42,367 bases of DNA from Gaiellaceae bacterium (GTDB taxonomy: Bacteria > Actinomycetota > Thermoleophilia > Gaiellales > Gaiellaceae), in the NCBI GenBank assembly GCA_035641605.1, contig DASQTZ010000044.1, forward strand, positions 1-42,367, given 5' to 3'. Each line of letters opens with the position of its first letter. Position 1 is the first letter of the stretch. Under the pieces are notes generated by a model, which saw nothing but the letters and a program-made list of their open reading frames with translations, was not told the origin of the DNA and did not search any database. Below, piece by piece: positions 24,444 through 33,740 of this stretch. Made by a program: the position numbers and the translations under genes.

Positions 24444-25030
24444 GCTCGGCGCCCGATCTCCTCGTGGTCACCGGTCGCGACCAGCTCGGGCGGCGCCAGC
24501 CTCGACCCGGCGTAGACGGCGATGGCCCCGGCCTCGAGGAAGGCGCGGGCGTTCTCCACCGTCACCCCGCCCGAGGGGACAAAGGCGGCGTCCGGGAAGG
24601 GGCCGCGGAGGTCGCGGAGATAGCCGGGCCCGCCGATCCCGGCAGGGAACAGCTTCACGGCGCTCGTCCCGGCCTTCAGCGCCGTGTCGACCTCGGTCGG
24701 TGTCAGCGCTCCCAGGAACACCGGCACCTCTGCCTCGCGCGCGACAAGGGCGACATCCTCGACGCAGGCCGGCGAGACGAGGAACCGCGCTCCCGCCGAC
24801 AAGGCGTCCCGCGCCTGGCGCTCGTCCCGCACCGTTCCCGCACCGACGAGCGCGCCGGAGCCGGCCACGGCCTCGATCGCCGCGAGCACGTCGGGGATCG
24901 TGAATGTGAACTCGATCGCACGGATCCCGGCGCCGGCGAGCGTCGCCGCGAGCCGCACCGGATCCGCGACGCGCTCCCCACGGATCACGGCGACGGCGCG
25001 ATCGCTGCGAATCGCGTCCAGGACGTCCAC
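24416..25030 (-). CDS. eda: 2-dehydro-3-deoxyphosphogluconate / 4-hydroxy-2-oxoglutarate aldolase
   Basis: AVIRGE...IRAIEFTF...GAGTV...FLVSP...GALTPTE...VKLFPA...PSGGV is the Eda pattern. Its 3' end overlaps the epimerase remnant convergently. Confidence 0.9.
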   Translation of the reverse strand: MDVLDAIRSDRAVAVIRGERVADPVRLAATLAGAGIRAIEFTFTIPDVLAAIEAVAGSGALVGAGTVRDERQARDALSAGARFLVSPACVEDVALVAREAEVPVFLGALTPTEVDTALKAGTSAVKLFPAGIGGPGYLRDLRGPFPDAAFVPSGGVTVENARAFLEAGAIAVYAGSRLAPPELVATGDHEEIGRRAHAFVAALS

Positions 25031-25059
25031 GGGCGGGCCAACCTACCAGGGAGGAAGCG

Positions 25060-25437
25060 ATGAAAACGACGATCTTCGAGCTCAGGTCGGGCCAGGTCGC
25101 GACGAACGTGCAGGACGACCCGGCGTGGCAGCCGTTCGAGGAGTACGACGGCAAGCCTCTCGAACGCGTTCGGGTGCAGGACCTAGTCGAGCCGCTGGGC
25201 GCGCTCGTCCAGCTCGTCGAGATCGCCGCCGGCGGCAGGTTCGCAATGCATTCGAGTCCGGACCTCGCGTTCTGCCAGGTCGTCCGCGGGCGCGGCAAGC
25301 TCGGGTTGCCGGACGGGCGGGAGCTCGACTACCTGGCGCCGGAGCTGTACGTCTTCCTGCCCGGGACGCTCCACGACTGGCACGACGTCGAGGAGGACAC
25401 GCTCCTCTCCGTCTGCCTCGTGCGTCAGTCCAGCTGA
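25060..25437 (+). CDS. Cupin-domain protein
   Basis: GGGAGGAAG RBS. 125 aa with a cupin-like ...MHSSPD...LPGTLHDW pattern. Confidence 0.7.
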   Translation: MKTTIFELRSGQVATNVQDDPAWQPFEEYDGKPLERVRVQDLVEPLGALVQLVEIAAGGRFAMHSSPDLAFCQVVRGRGKLGLPDGRELDYLAPELYVFLPGTLHDWHDVEEDTLLSVCLVRQSS

Positions 25438-25949
25438 GCGGAGCGCCGCGCTCGAGCTCGGGCTTCGACCTCTCTGATGAACGGGGTCTTCAGCTCGGTA
25501 TAGACCTCACGCGGGTGCCCCTCGGCCGCCAGCCGCCGCTTGAACTCCTCGTAGCGCCGCCGCTCTTCGGGGTCGGACCGGAGCGCGTCGCGAAAGGTGA
25601 GCTGCCGCTCCCAGTGGTCGCCGCCGTGCTCGACCACGTGGACGTTGTAGGTGTGCGGCTGCTTGCGGAAGAAGAGTCGGCCCGGGAGACCGTGCTCGCC
25701 GAGGTACTCGTACCCGAGTTCCTGCATCCCCGCGATCTGCACGTCGGTGAGTTCGAGCTCCCCGAGCCCGACGAGGATGTCCACGATCGGCTTGGCGGAA
25801 AGCCCGGGAACGGAGGTCGACCCGATGTGCTCGATTGCGACGGCCCGCCGGTCGAACACACGGATCAGCTTGGCGCGCTCGGTCTCGAAGAGCGACCCCC
25901 AGCTCGGATCGTGGTCCGAGAGCTCTACGCGCTCAGAAAGTCCACTCAC
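25425..25949 (-). CDS. GrpB-family (UPF0157) protein
   Basis: HIGSTSVPGLSAKPIVDILV and YNVHVVEHG motifs. I prefer the GTG at 25949 (preceded by AGGAAAA), which keeps the overlap with the upstream gene short. The longest ORF reaches 25994. Confidence 0.8.
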   Translation of the reverse strand: MSGLSERVELSDHDPSWGSLFETERAKLIRVFDRRAVAIEHIGSTSVPGLSAKPIVDILVGLGELELTDVQIAGMQELGYEYLGEHGLPGRLFFRKQPHTYNVHVVEHGGDHWERQLTFRDALRSDPEERRRYEEFKRRLAAEGHPREVYTELKTPFIREVEARARARRSAQLD

Positions 25950-27018
25950 CGTTTTCCTGTACCACCTCGCCGTCGCATTCGATCCGGCCGCCATTCCGAA
26001 GGTCCTTGACCATGTCCCAGTGGACGCTCGACTGGTTCTTGCCGCCGATCGTCGGCAGGCCGGCGCCGATCGCGAGGTGGATCGTCCCGTAGATCTTCTC
26101 GTCGAAGAGCGTGTTCTTCATGTAGCGCTGGATCCCGGGGTTGCAGCCGATTCCGAATTCGCCGAGGACGCGCGAGCCCTCGTCCCGGTCGAGCTTTGTG
26201 AGCAGGGCCTCTTCATTCGAGGATGCCGTGGCCTCGACAACCTTGCCGTCTCGATAGACCATGCGGACGTTCTCGACGAAGTCCGGCTCCTGGTAGGCCG
26301 GGTACTCCGTAAAGGCGACGACGCCTTCGGTCGAGTCCTCGACGGGGCTGTAGTAGACCTCGCCGCCCGGGAGGTTCGCGTGCCCGTCGTCGATCTCGCC
26401 GTCCCGCCCCTGGAGGCTGAAGCGGAGGTCGGTTTCGGCGCCGACGATACGGACCTCTTCGGCCCGGTCGAAGCGGTCGCGGATGCGCTTCATCTTCTCG
26501 CCCTCGGCGTCCCAGTCGAGGAGGACGGCGCCGTAGAGGAAGTCCTCGAACGCCTTCAGCCCCATGCCGGCCTCCTGCGCGAGCGCGGGGCAGGGGAACC
26601 GGCAGGTGACCCACGGAATCTCCAGCCGCAAACGTCGGGCGAGGAACTCGGCCTGGCCCTTCGACATGAGGTCGAACCGCTCGGAGGGAAGGTCGGCGCC
26701 TTCGCGGGGGTTCTCGGGGGCGCCCAGCAGCATCCAGGCGTCGACGGTGTCCCACACGTGCTTGTCGGCCGGCGCCGGCTTGTCGAGCAACTCGAGCGGC
26801 GCTTCTTCGGCCCAGAGCATCCGGAAGGGCAGCTGTTCCATCGCGTAGCTGAATCGCACCAGGGGGTAGGCGCCGCGGCGCGCGATCAGGCGCACGACCT
26901 CCTCGAGCAGCGGACGCGCGGCGGGCTGGGCGACGACGAGCACCTGCCACCCCGGCTGGACGTCGATCGAGCGCTCGACGATCAGACGGGCGTACTGCTG
27001 GACGCGCGGATCAACCAA
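25933..27018 (-). CDS. M29-family aminopeptidase (AmpS/PepS-like)
   Basis: N-terminus YARLIVERSIDVQPGWQVLV and C-terminus NTLFDEKIYGTIHLAIGAG...SSVHWDMV are typical of thermophilic metalloaminopeptidases. TTG start. Confidence 0.85.
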   Translation of the reverse strand: MVDPRVQQYARLIVERSIDVQPGWQVLVVAQPAARPLLEEVVRLIARRGAYPLVRFSYAMEQLPFRMLWAEEAPLELLDKPAPADKHVWDTVDAWMLLGAPENPREGADLPSERFDLMSKGQAEFLARRLRLEIPWVTCRFPCPALAQEAGMGLKAFEDFLYGAVLLDWDAEGEKMKRIRDRFDRAEEVRIVGAETDLRFSLQGRDGEIDDGHANLPGGEVYYSPVEDSTEGVVAFTEYPAYQEPDFVENVRMVYRDGKVVEATASSNEEALLTKLDRDEGSRVLGEFGIGCNPGIQRYMKNTLFDEKIYGTIHLAIGAGLPTIGGKNQSSVHWDMVKDLRNGGRIECDGEVVQENGEWTF

Positions 27019-27124
27019 CGGCGTGCGTCAGCCTACAGGAGGAAAAACTTGCTACGATCCGGCTTAGATTTTATCGGTATGCAGCACCTAAATCGTGGAA
27101 CCTTGGTCCTGAAAGGAAGTAACC

Positions 27125-29029
27125 ATGGCAAAGACGATCGGCATCGATCTTGGTACGACCAACTCCTGCATGGCGGTACTGGAGGGCGGTGACCCGACCG
27201 TCGTCCCGAACGCCGAGGGCGGGCGCACCACACCGTCTGTCGTCGCGTTCACGGGGGATGGTGAGCGCCTCGTCGGCCCGCCGGCCAAGCGCCAGCAGGT
27301 AACGAACCCGCAGAACACGATCTTCTCGATCAAGCGCTTCATGGGGCGCAAGTACTCGGAGGTCTCCGAGGAGATGAAGATCGTCCCATACGAGGTCAGC
27401 GAGGGACCGAACGGCGACGTTCGGGTCAACGCGGCGGGCAAGGAGTACGCGCCGCCGGAGATCTCCGCGATGATCCTCCAGAAGCTGAAGGCCGACGCCG
27501 AGGCCTACCTCGGCGAGGCGGTGACCGACGCCGTCATCACCGTGCCGGCCTACTTCAACAATGCGCAGCGCGAGGCGACGAAGGACTCCGGCAAGGTTGC
27601 CGGACTCAACGTGGTCCGGATCATCAACGAGCCGACCGCGGCCGCGCTCGCCTACGGGCTCGAGAAGGAGCACGACCAGACGATCCTCGTGTGGGACCTC
27701 GGCGGCGGGACCTTCGACGTCTCGATCCTCGAGCTCGGTGAGGGCGTCTTCGAGGTCAAGGCCACAAACGGCGACAACCACCTCGGCGGCGACAACTTCG
27801 ACAAGGCGATCGTCGACTGGATGGTCGCCGAGTTCAAGAAGGGCCAAGGGATAGACCTGGCTGCCGACAAGATGGCGCTCCAGCGCCTCTACGAGGCGGC
27901 CGAGAAGGCGAAGATCGAGCTCTCCTCGACGATGACGACGCAGATCAACCTTCCGTTCGTCACGGCGACGCCGGAGGGCCCGAAGCACCTCGACCTTCAG
28001 CTCACGCGCGCGAAGTTGAACGAGCTGACCGCCGACCTGCTCCAGCGCACCGTCGAGCCGACCAAGCTGTGCCTGAGCGACGCCGGCCTCGAGCCGAAGG
28101 ACATCGACCACGTGGTCCTCGTCGGCGGCATGACGCGAATGCCGGCGGTCGTCGACAAGGTCAAGGAGCTCGTCGGGAAGGATCCGCACAAGGGCGTCAA
28201 CCCGGACGAGGTCGTCGCCGTCGGCGCTGCGATCCAGGCCGGTGTCCTCAAGGGCGAGGTCAAGGACATTCTTCTGCTCGACGTGACGCCGCTGTCGCTG
28301 GGCATCGAGACCAAGGGCGGCGTCTTCACGAGGCTGATCGAGCGCAACACGACAATCCCGACGAAGAAGTCGGAGACGTTCACGACTGCCGAGGACAACC
28401 AGCCCTCGGTCGAGGTGCACGTGCTCCAGGGCGAGTCGGAGATGGCGCTCTACAACAAGACGCTCGGCAAGTTCCAGCTCGTCGGCATTCCGCCGGCACC
28501 GCGGGGCATGCCGCAGATCGAGGTCGGCTTCGACATCGACGCGAACGGGATCATCCACGTCTCCGCAAAGGACCTCGGGACCGGCAACGAGCAGAAGATC
28601 CGGATCGAGGGCGGCTCGGGCCTCAAGGAGGAAGAGGTGGAGCAGATGATCCGCGAGGCGGAGGCGCACGCGGACGAGGCGCGCAGGCTGCGCGAGCTCG
28701 CCGATGCGCGGAACGCCGCGGAGTCGCTCGCCTACCAGACCGAGCGCACGCTCAAGGAGAACCGAGAGAAGCTCGACGAGTCGGATGCCTCGACGATCGA
28801 GGGCCGCGTGATGGAGCTGAAGGGCGTGCTCGAGTCGGACAACGTCGCCGAGATCCGCGCGAAGACCGAGGCGCTCCAGGAGGCCTCGCAGAAGCTGGCC
28901 GAGGCCGTCTACGCCCAGGCGACCGCGACCGCGCAGGCTGGTGGTGACGGCGCGCCGACTTCGGATGAGGAAGTCGTCGAAGAGGCCGACTACGAGGTCA
29001 TCGACGAAGAGGAAGCGAAGACGTCGTAA
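27125..29029 (+). CDS. dnaK: Molecular chaperone DnaK (Hsp70)
   Basis: [28 protein letters not shown] and an acidic C-terminal tail. GGAAG RBS. Confidence 0.98.
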   Translation: MAKTIGIDLGTTNSCMAVLEGGDPTVVPNAEGGRTTPSVVAFTGDGERLVGPPAKRQQVTNPQNTIFSIKRFMGRKYSEVSEEMKIVPYEVSEGPNGDVRVNAAGKEYAPPEISAMILQKLKADAEAYLGEAVTDAVITVPAYFNNAQREATKDSGKVAGLNVVRIINEPTAAALAYGLEKEHDQTILVWDLGGGTFDVSILELGEGVFEVKATNGDNHLGGDNFDKAIVDWMVAEFKKGQGIDLAADKMALQRLYEAAEKAKIELSSTMTTQINLPFVTATPEGPKHLDLQLTRAKLNELTADLLQRTVEPTKLCLSDAGLEPKDIDHVVLVGGMTRMPAVVDKVKELVGKDPHKGVNPDEVVAVGAAIQAGVLKGEVKDILLLDVTPLSLGIETKGGVFTRLIERNTTIPTKKSETFTTAEDNQPSVEVHVLQGESEMALYNKTLGKFQLVGIPPAPRGMPQIEVGFDIDANGIIHVSAKDLGTGNEQKIRIEGGSGLKEEEVEQMIREAEAHADEARRLRELADARNAAESLAYQTERTLKENREKLDESDASTIEGRVMELKGVLESDNVAEIRAKTEALQEASQKLAEAVYAQATATAQAGGDGAPTSDEEVVEEADYEVIDEEEAKTS

Positions 29030-29517
29030 TGCCGGAGGAAGTCGAGAACACCGAGCAGGTCGAGGAGGTCGACGAGCTCGAAGCGCTGCGAAAGGAGCGG
29101 GACGAGCTCGTGGACACCGTCCAGCGAATCCAGGCGGAGTTCGACAACTACCGCAAGCGGGCGGCGCGCGACCAGCAGAGCCTGGTCGCGCGCGCCCACG
29201 AGCGGCTGGTGAAGGAGCTCCTGCCGGTGCTCGACGATCTCGAGCGGGCGCTCGAGGCCGCGGAGGCGCACGAGGAGGCGAAGCTGGAGGACGGGGTGGC
29301 GCTCGTCGCGCGCTCGCTTGCCGGCGTGCTTCGCAAGGAAGGCCTCGAAGAGGTCCCAACCGACGGGAAGTTCGATCCTCACGTCCACGAGGCGCTGCTC
29401 TCGCAACCGTCCGAGGTGGACGAGGGCAGTGTGATCGAGGTGCTGCAGAAGGGCTACCGGCTCGGCGACCGGGTGATCAGGCCAGCCCGGGTGGTGATCT
29501 CGAGTGGCAGCGACTAA
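29029..29517 (+). CDS. grpE: Nucleotide exchange factor GrpE
   Basis: AEFDNYRKR motif. TAATG overlap with dnaK. Confidence 0.95.
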   Translation: MPEEVENTEQVEEVDELEALRKERDELVDTVQRIQAEFDNYRKRAARDQQSLVARAHERLVKELLPVLDDLERALEAAEAHEEAKLEDGVALVARSLAGVLRKEGLEEVPTDGKFDPHVHEALLSQPSEVDEGSVIEVLQKGYRLGDRVIRPARVVISSGSD

Positions 29518-30574
29518 GGACCTCTACGGCGCGCTCGGCGTCTCCAAGGGCGCGTCCGCGGACGAGATCAAGAAGGCGTACCGCAAGCTCGCCCGGGAGT
29601 ACCACCCAGACAAGAACCCGGGCGACGCCGCCGCGGAGGAGCGCTTCAAAGAGGTGCAGCACGCCTACGACGTGCTCTCGGACGCCGAGAAGCGCAAGCA
29701 GTACGACGCTTTCGGCAGCGCCGACGGACGGCGGGGCTTCGATCCGCGCGGCGGCGGATTCAACTACGCGGGCGACTTCAACATCGGCGACCTCGGAGAT
29801 CTCGGCGACATCTTCGGCGGGATCTTCGGACGCGGTCGCGGGGCGCGCCAGCAGACCAGAGCGCAGTCCGGCGCCGATCTCGAAGTCGAGGTCAGCCTCT
29901 CCTTCGAAGACTCGCTGAAGGGCATCGAGACCCGGATTCCGGTCGAGGTCGAGACGGCCTGCAGCGAGTGCGGCGGCTCGGGAGCCAAGCCCGGCACGTC
30001 GCCGAAGGTCTGCCCGGAATGCCGCGGCCGCGGCGTGATCTCGGAGAGCCAGGGCTTGTTCGCCCTCTCGCAGCCGTGTCCACGCTGCCGGGGGAACGGG
30101 ACCGTGATCGAGGATCCGTGTCCGCGGTGCCGCGGGACCGGCCGCGAGCGCCGGACGAGGCGCTATTCGGTGAAGATTCCGCCCGGCGTCAAGGACGGCA
30201 CACGGATCAAGTTGAAGGGCAAGGGCGAGTCAGGGGTCGCCGGTGGCCCGCCCGGCGACCTCCACGTCGTCACCCGTGTGGCCGAGTCGCCGATCTACGA
30301 GCGGCGCGGCGCCGACCTCGTTGTCGACGTGCCGGTGTCGCTGGCGGACGCGGCGCTCGGTACCGAAGTCGATGTGCCGACGCCTGACGGCGCAGTCTCG
30401 ATGAAGGTGCCCGCGGGCTCCGAGCACGGCAAGCTCCTGCGGATCAAGGGCCGCGGCGCGCCGAAGCTCAAGGGTGGCAAGGGGGACGTGCTCGCGCGCC
30501 TGCGGCTCGAGGTGCCGAAGAAGCTGAACAAGAAGCAGCGCGAGCTCTACGAGCAGCTGAGGAACGTCTCGTGA
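29504..30574 (+). CDS. dnaJ: Co-chaperone DnaJ
   Basis: J domain with HPDKN, a G/F region and four CxxCxGxG motifs ([32 protein letters not shown]). Confidence 0.95.
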   Translation: MAATKDLYGALGVSKGASADEIKKAYRKLAREYHPDKNPGDAAAEERFKEVQHAYDVLSDAEKRKQYDAFGSADGRRGFDPRGGGFNYAGDFNIGDLGDLGDIFGGIFGRGRGARQQTRAQSGADLEVEVSLSFEDSLKGIETRIPVEVETACSECGGSGAKPGTSPKVCPECRGRGVISESQGLFALSQPCPRCRGNGTVIEDPCPRCRGTGRERRTRRYSVKIPPGVKDGTRIKLKGKGESGVAGGPPGDLHVVTRVAESPIYERRGADLVVDVPVSLADAALGTEVDVPTPDGAVSMKVPAGSEHGKLLRIKGRGAPKLKGGKGDVLARLRLEVPKKLNKKQRELYEQLRNVS

Positions 30575-30942
30575 TGGACGACAAGGGGCGGTACATGATC
30601 AGCGTCGCCGCCGAGCTCGTCGGCATGCACCCGCAGACGCTCCGGATCTACGAACAGAAGGGGCTTGTGCAGCCGACGCGCACCGCCGGGAACACACGGC
30701 TCTACTCCGAGCGCGATCTCGAGCGCCTGCGTTTGATCCAGCGGCTGACGACCGAGCTGGGGCTCAACCTCGCCGGCGTCGAGATGGTGCTCAGGCTCGA
30801 AGATCAGATGAATCGTATGCAGCGCCGGATGGAGCGGATGGAGCGCGAGATGCGCGAGCGTATGCGCGACATCGAGAAGCAGTACAAGCGCGAGCTCGTG
30901 CTCTGGAAGGAGCCGACGCTGCCGGTCCGGAGGCGTCACTAA
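30571..30942 (+). CDS. hspR: MerR-family heat-shock repressor HspR
   Basis: MerR HTH segment [46 protein letters not shown], located directly after dnaJ. Confidence 0.9.
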   Translation: MMDDKGRYMISVAAELVGMHPQTLRIYEQKGLVQPTRTAGNTRLYSERDLERLRLIQRLTTELGLNLAGVEMVLRLEDQMNRMQRRMERMEREMRERMRDIEKQYKRELVLWKEPTLPVRRRH

Positions 30943-33413
30943 TGGACTTCAACAAGCTGACTCTGAAGAGCCAGGAGGCCGTCGGCGCCGCGCAGGAGCT
31001 GGCGCGCCGAATGGGCAACCCGGAGGTCTATCCGGAACACCTGCTGCTCGCCCTGCTCGACCAGGAGCTTCCGCAGCAGCTCGTCCCCGACACGGCCGAG
31101 CTCCGCGTCGAAGCCGAGACGACGCTTCGCGGCAAGCCCGCCGTCCAGGGCGGCGCGCAGCAGCCCCGTGTGTCCGCCGGTTTCTCGCGGGTGCTGGATC
31201 AGGCTTTCGACGAGGCGCGCCAACTCGAGGACGACTACGTCTCGACCGAGCATCTGCTGCTCGCGCTCGACGTCGTGCCCCGCGACGAGCTGCTCGCCAA
31301 GCTTCAGCAGGTCCGGGGCGGCCAACGCGTGACGAGCCAGGATCCCGAAGGCACATACCAGGCGCTCGAGAAGTTCGGTCGCGACCTGACCGAGCTCGCG
31401 GAGCAGGGCAAACTCGACCCGGTCATCGGCCGCGACGAGGAGATCCGGCGCGTGATCCAGGTCCTCTCGCGCCGCACGAAGAACAACCCGGTGCTGATCG
31501 GCGATCCGGGTGTCGGCAAGACCGCGATCGCCGAAGGGCTCGCGCAGCGAATCGTCGCCGGCGACGTTCCGGAAGGACTGAAGGGCAAGCGGGTCTGGGC
31601 GCTCGACATCGGCGCGCTGCTCGCGGGCTCGAAGTACCGGGGTGAGTTCGAGGAGCGACTCAAGGCGGTCCTAACCGAGATCCGCAACGCCGAGGGCCAG
31701 ATCGTCCTCTTCATCGACGAGCTGCACACGATCGTCGGCGCCGGCGCGGCCGAAGGTGCGGTCGACGCCGCGAACATGCTCAAGCCGATGCTGGCCCGCG
31801 GCGAGCTGCGCGCGATCGGCGCGACGACGCTGGACGAGTACCGAAAGCACGTCGAGAAGGACGCGGCGCTCGAGCGGCGCTTCCAGCCGATCTTCGTCGG
31901 CGAGCCGTCCGTCGCCGACACGATCGCGATCCTGCGCGGCCTCAAGGAGCGCTACGAGGCGCACCACGGCGTCCGGATCCGCGACGCAGCGCTGGTCGCG
32001 GCGGCTGTGCTCTCCGACCGCTATATCTCGGACCGCCAGTTGCCCGACAAGGCAATCGATCTCGTCGACGAGGCCGCCTCACGCCTTCGGATGGAGATCG
32101 ACTCGTCGCCGATCGAGCTCGACGAGGCCGAGCGGCGCGTGCGCCAGCTCGAGATCGAGCTCGCGGCGATGGGCAAGGAGTCGAAGGAGGTGCGCGAGCC
32201 CGTCGAGCGCGAGCTCGCCGAGGCGCAGGAGCGCCGCACTGAGCTCGCCGCCCGCTGGGCGACCGAGAAGCAAGCGCTCGAGCGCGTCAAGGAAGTCATG
32301 TCGCAGATCGAGGCGCTCCGGCATGAGGCGGAGCGGGCCGAGCGCAGCGGCGATCTCCAGCGCGTCGCCGAGATCCGCTACGGCGAGTTGCCGCAGCTCG
32401 AGAAGGAGCTCGCGGCGCGCGACGGCGCCGTGGTCGACAACCCGATGGTCAAGGAGGAGGTCGACGAGGACGACGTGGCCGCTGTGGTTGCCCGCTGGAC
32501 AGGGATCCCGGTCGACAGGCTGCTCGAGGGCGAGACCGAAAAGCTGATCCACATGGAGGACCGGCTGCACGAGCGTGTCGTCGGCCAGGACGAGGCCGTC
32601 TCGGCCGTGGCCAATGCGCTCAGGCGCGCCCGCTCAGGGCTGCAGGATCCGAACCGGCCGATTGGCTCGTTCGTCTTCCTCGGCCCGACCGGCGTGGGAA
32701 AGACCGAGCTCGCCCGCGCGCTCGCCGAGTTCATGTTCGACGACGAACGGGCCATGGTCCGGCTCGACATGTCCGAGTACCAGGAGCGGCACACGGTGGC
32801 TCGGCTCGTCGGCGCCCCGCCTGGCTACGTCGGCTTCGAAGAGGGGGGACAGCTGACGGAGGCCGTGCGCCGGCGGCCCTACTCCGTCGTTCTCCTCGAC
32901 GAGATCGAGAAGGCGCACATGGAGGTCTTCGACGTGCTCCTCCAGATCCTCGACGATGGGCGGCTGACCGACGGCCAGGGCCGAACGGTCGACTTCCGCA
33001 ACACCGTGATCATCATGACCTCGAACCTGCGCTCCGCCGAGGCGATGCGCGACGTCTTCCGGCCCGAGTTTCTGAACCGGATCGACGAGGTGGTCGAGTT
33101 TCAGCCTCTTTCCAAGGAACAGCTCGCCGAGATTGTCGAGCTTCAGCTGCGGCGGCTGCGCGAGCGGCTGGCAGAGCGCGGCCTCGGCCTCGAGCTGACC
33201 GATGCCGCGAAGGAGCAGCTCGTCGAGGCGGGGTGGGATCCGACCTACGGCGCGCGACCGCTCAAGCGCGCGATCCAGCGCCTGATCGAGAATCCGCTCG
33301 CACTGCGGCTGCTCGAGGGCGAGTTCGGCGAGGGCGACACGGTGCGCGTCGATGTCAAGGATGGCGAGCTCGCGTTCGCGAGGCCCGCCGCAGCCGAGCC
33401 GGCCGCCGCCTGA
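30942..33413 (+). CDS. clpB: ATP-dependent disaggregase ClpB
   Basis: Clp N domain, two AAA+ modules ([10 protein letters not shown] and [10 protein letters not shown]) and a middle coiled coil. The ATG overlaps the hspR TAA by 1 nt. Confidence 0.97.
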   Translation: MDFNKLTLKSQEAVGAAQELARRMGNPEVYPEHLLLALLDQELPQQLVPDTAELRVEAETTLRGKPAVQGGAQQPRVSAGFSRVLDQAFDEARQLEDDYVSTEHLLLALDVVPRDELLAKLQQVRGGQRVTSQDPEGTYQALEKFGRDLTELAEQGKLDPVIGRDEEIRRVIQVLSRRTKNNPVLIGDPGVGKTAIAEGLAQRIVAGDVPEGLKGKRVWALDIGALLAGSKYRGEFEERLKAVLTEIRNAEGQIVLFIDELHTIVGAGAAEGAVDAANMLKPMLARGELRAIGATTLDEYRKHVEKDAALERRFQPIFVGEPSVADTIAILRGLKERYEAHHGVRIRDAALVAAAVLSDRYISDRQLPDKAIDLVDEAASRLRMEIDSSPIELDEAERRVRQLEIELAAMGKESKEVREPVERELAEAQERRTELAARWATEKQALERVKEVMSQIEALRHEAERAERSGDLQRVAEIRYGELPQLEKELAARDGAVVDNPMVKEEVDEDDVAAVVARWTGIPVDRLLEGETEKLIHMEDRLHERVVGQDEAVSAVANALRRARSGLQDPNRPIGSFVFLGPTGVGKTELARALAEFMFDDERAMVRLDMSEYQERHTVARLVGAPPGYVGFEEGGQLTEAVRRRPYSVVLLDEIEKAHMEVFDVLLQILDDGRLTDGQGRTVDFRNTVIIMTSNLRSAEAMRDVFRPEFLNRIDEVVEFQPLSKEQLAEIVELQLRRLRERLAERGLGLELTDAAKEQLVEAGWDPTYGARPLKRAIQRLIENPLALRLLEGEFGEGDTVRVDVKDGELAFARPAAAEPAAA

Positions 33414-33422
33414 GATGTAGCT

Positions 33423-33740
33423 CTACTCGACCCGCACCGTGCCTACCATGAAGGGTGCGTGCGGTTGGCAGTAGTAGTGGTACGTCCCGGGCTGTCGGAA
33501 GGTGTAGTCGAACGTCTGCCCGCGCCGCGAGAGCGACTTGTTGAAGCGTCCGTTCGGCCGGAGGCGGCCGAGCGAGTCCGTCGACGTCACCGTGTGGAAG
33601 ACGTTGTCGCCGTTGACCCACCGGACAGACTGGCCGGCCCGGATCTGAACCTCTCGCGGACTGAAGGCGAAGGGATGCTCGGGGTCCCCGGGTACCGAGA
33701 CGAGCCTGACCTCGGCGGCCCTGGGACCCCTTACGTTTTT
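33423..33740 (-). CDS. Type-1 copper (cupredoxin/plastocyanin-like) domain with no start codon of its own, in the -1 frame relative to the upstream ORF
   Basis: My own translation: ...AAEVRLVSVPGDPEHPFAFSPREVQIRAGQSVRWVNGDNVFHTVTSTDS...GTYHYYCQPHAPFMVGTVRVE, then stop (33423-33425). The full His/Cys/His/Met ligand set is present. There is no in-frame ATG, GTG or TTG upstream of the domain, and it is not in the supplied ORF track. Confidence 0.6.
   Translation of the reverse strand, partial: KNVRGPRAAEVRLVSVPGDPEHPFAFSPREVQIRAGQSVRWVNGDNVFHTVTSTDSLGRLRPNGRFNKSLSRRGQTFDYTFRQPGTYHYYCQPHAPFMVGTVRVE
33681..33730 (-). other. RNA stem-loop immediately 3' of the A5 tract at the frame junction
   Basis: 8-bp perfect GC-rich stem (33681-33688 pairs with 33723-33730) and a 34-nt loop containing an inner 5-bp stem, CCGAG (33695-33699) with CTCGG (33711-33715). 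On the mRNA it starts 5 nt after the AAAAA tract (33740-33736). Confidence 0.5.

Noticed and set aside
27071-29359. 762-aa minus-strand ORF
   Set aside because: It lies exactly antisense to dnaK and the start of grpE. The composition is Arg/Leu/Asp/Pro-rich with no recognisable motifs. It is a GC-driven shadow ORF.
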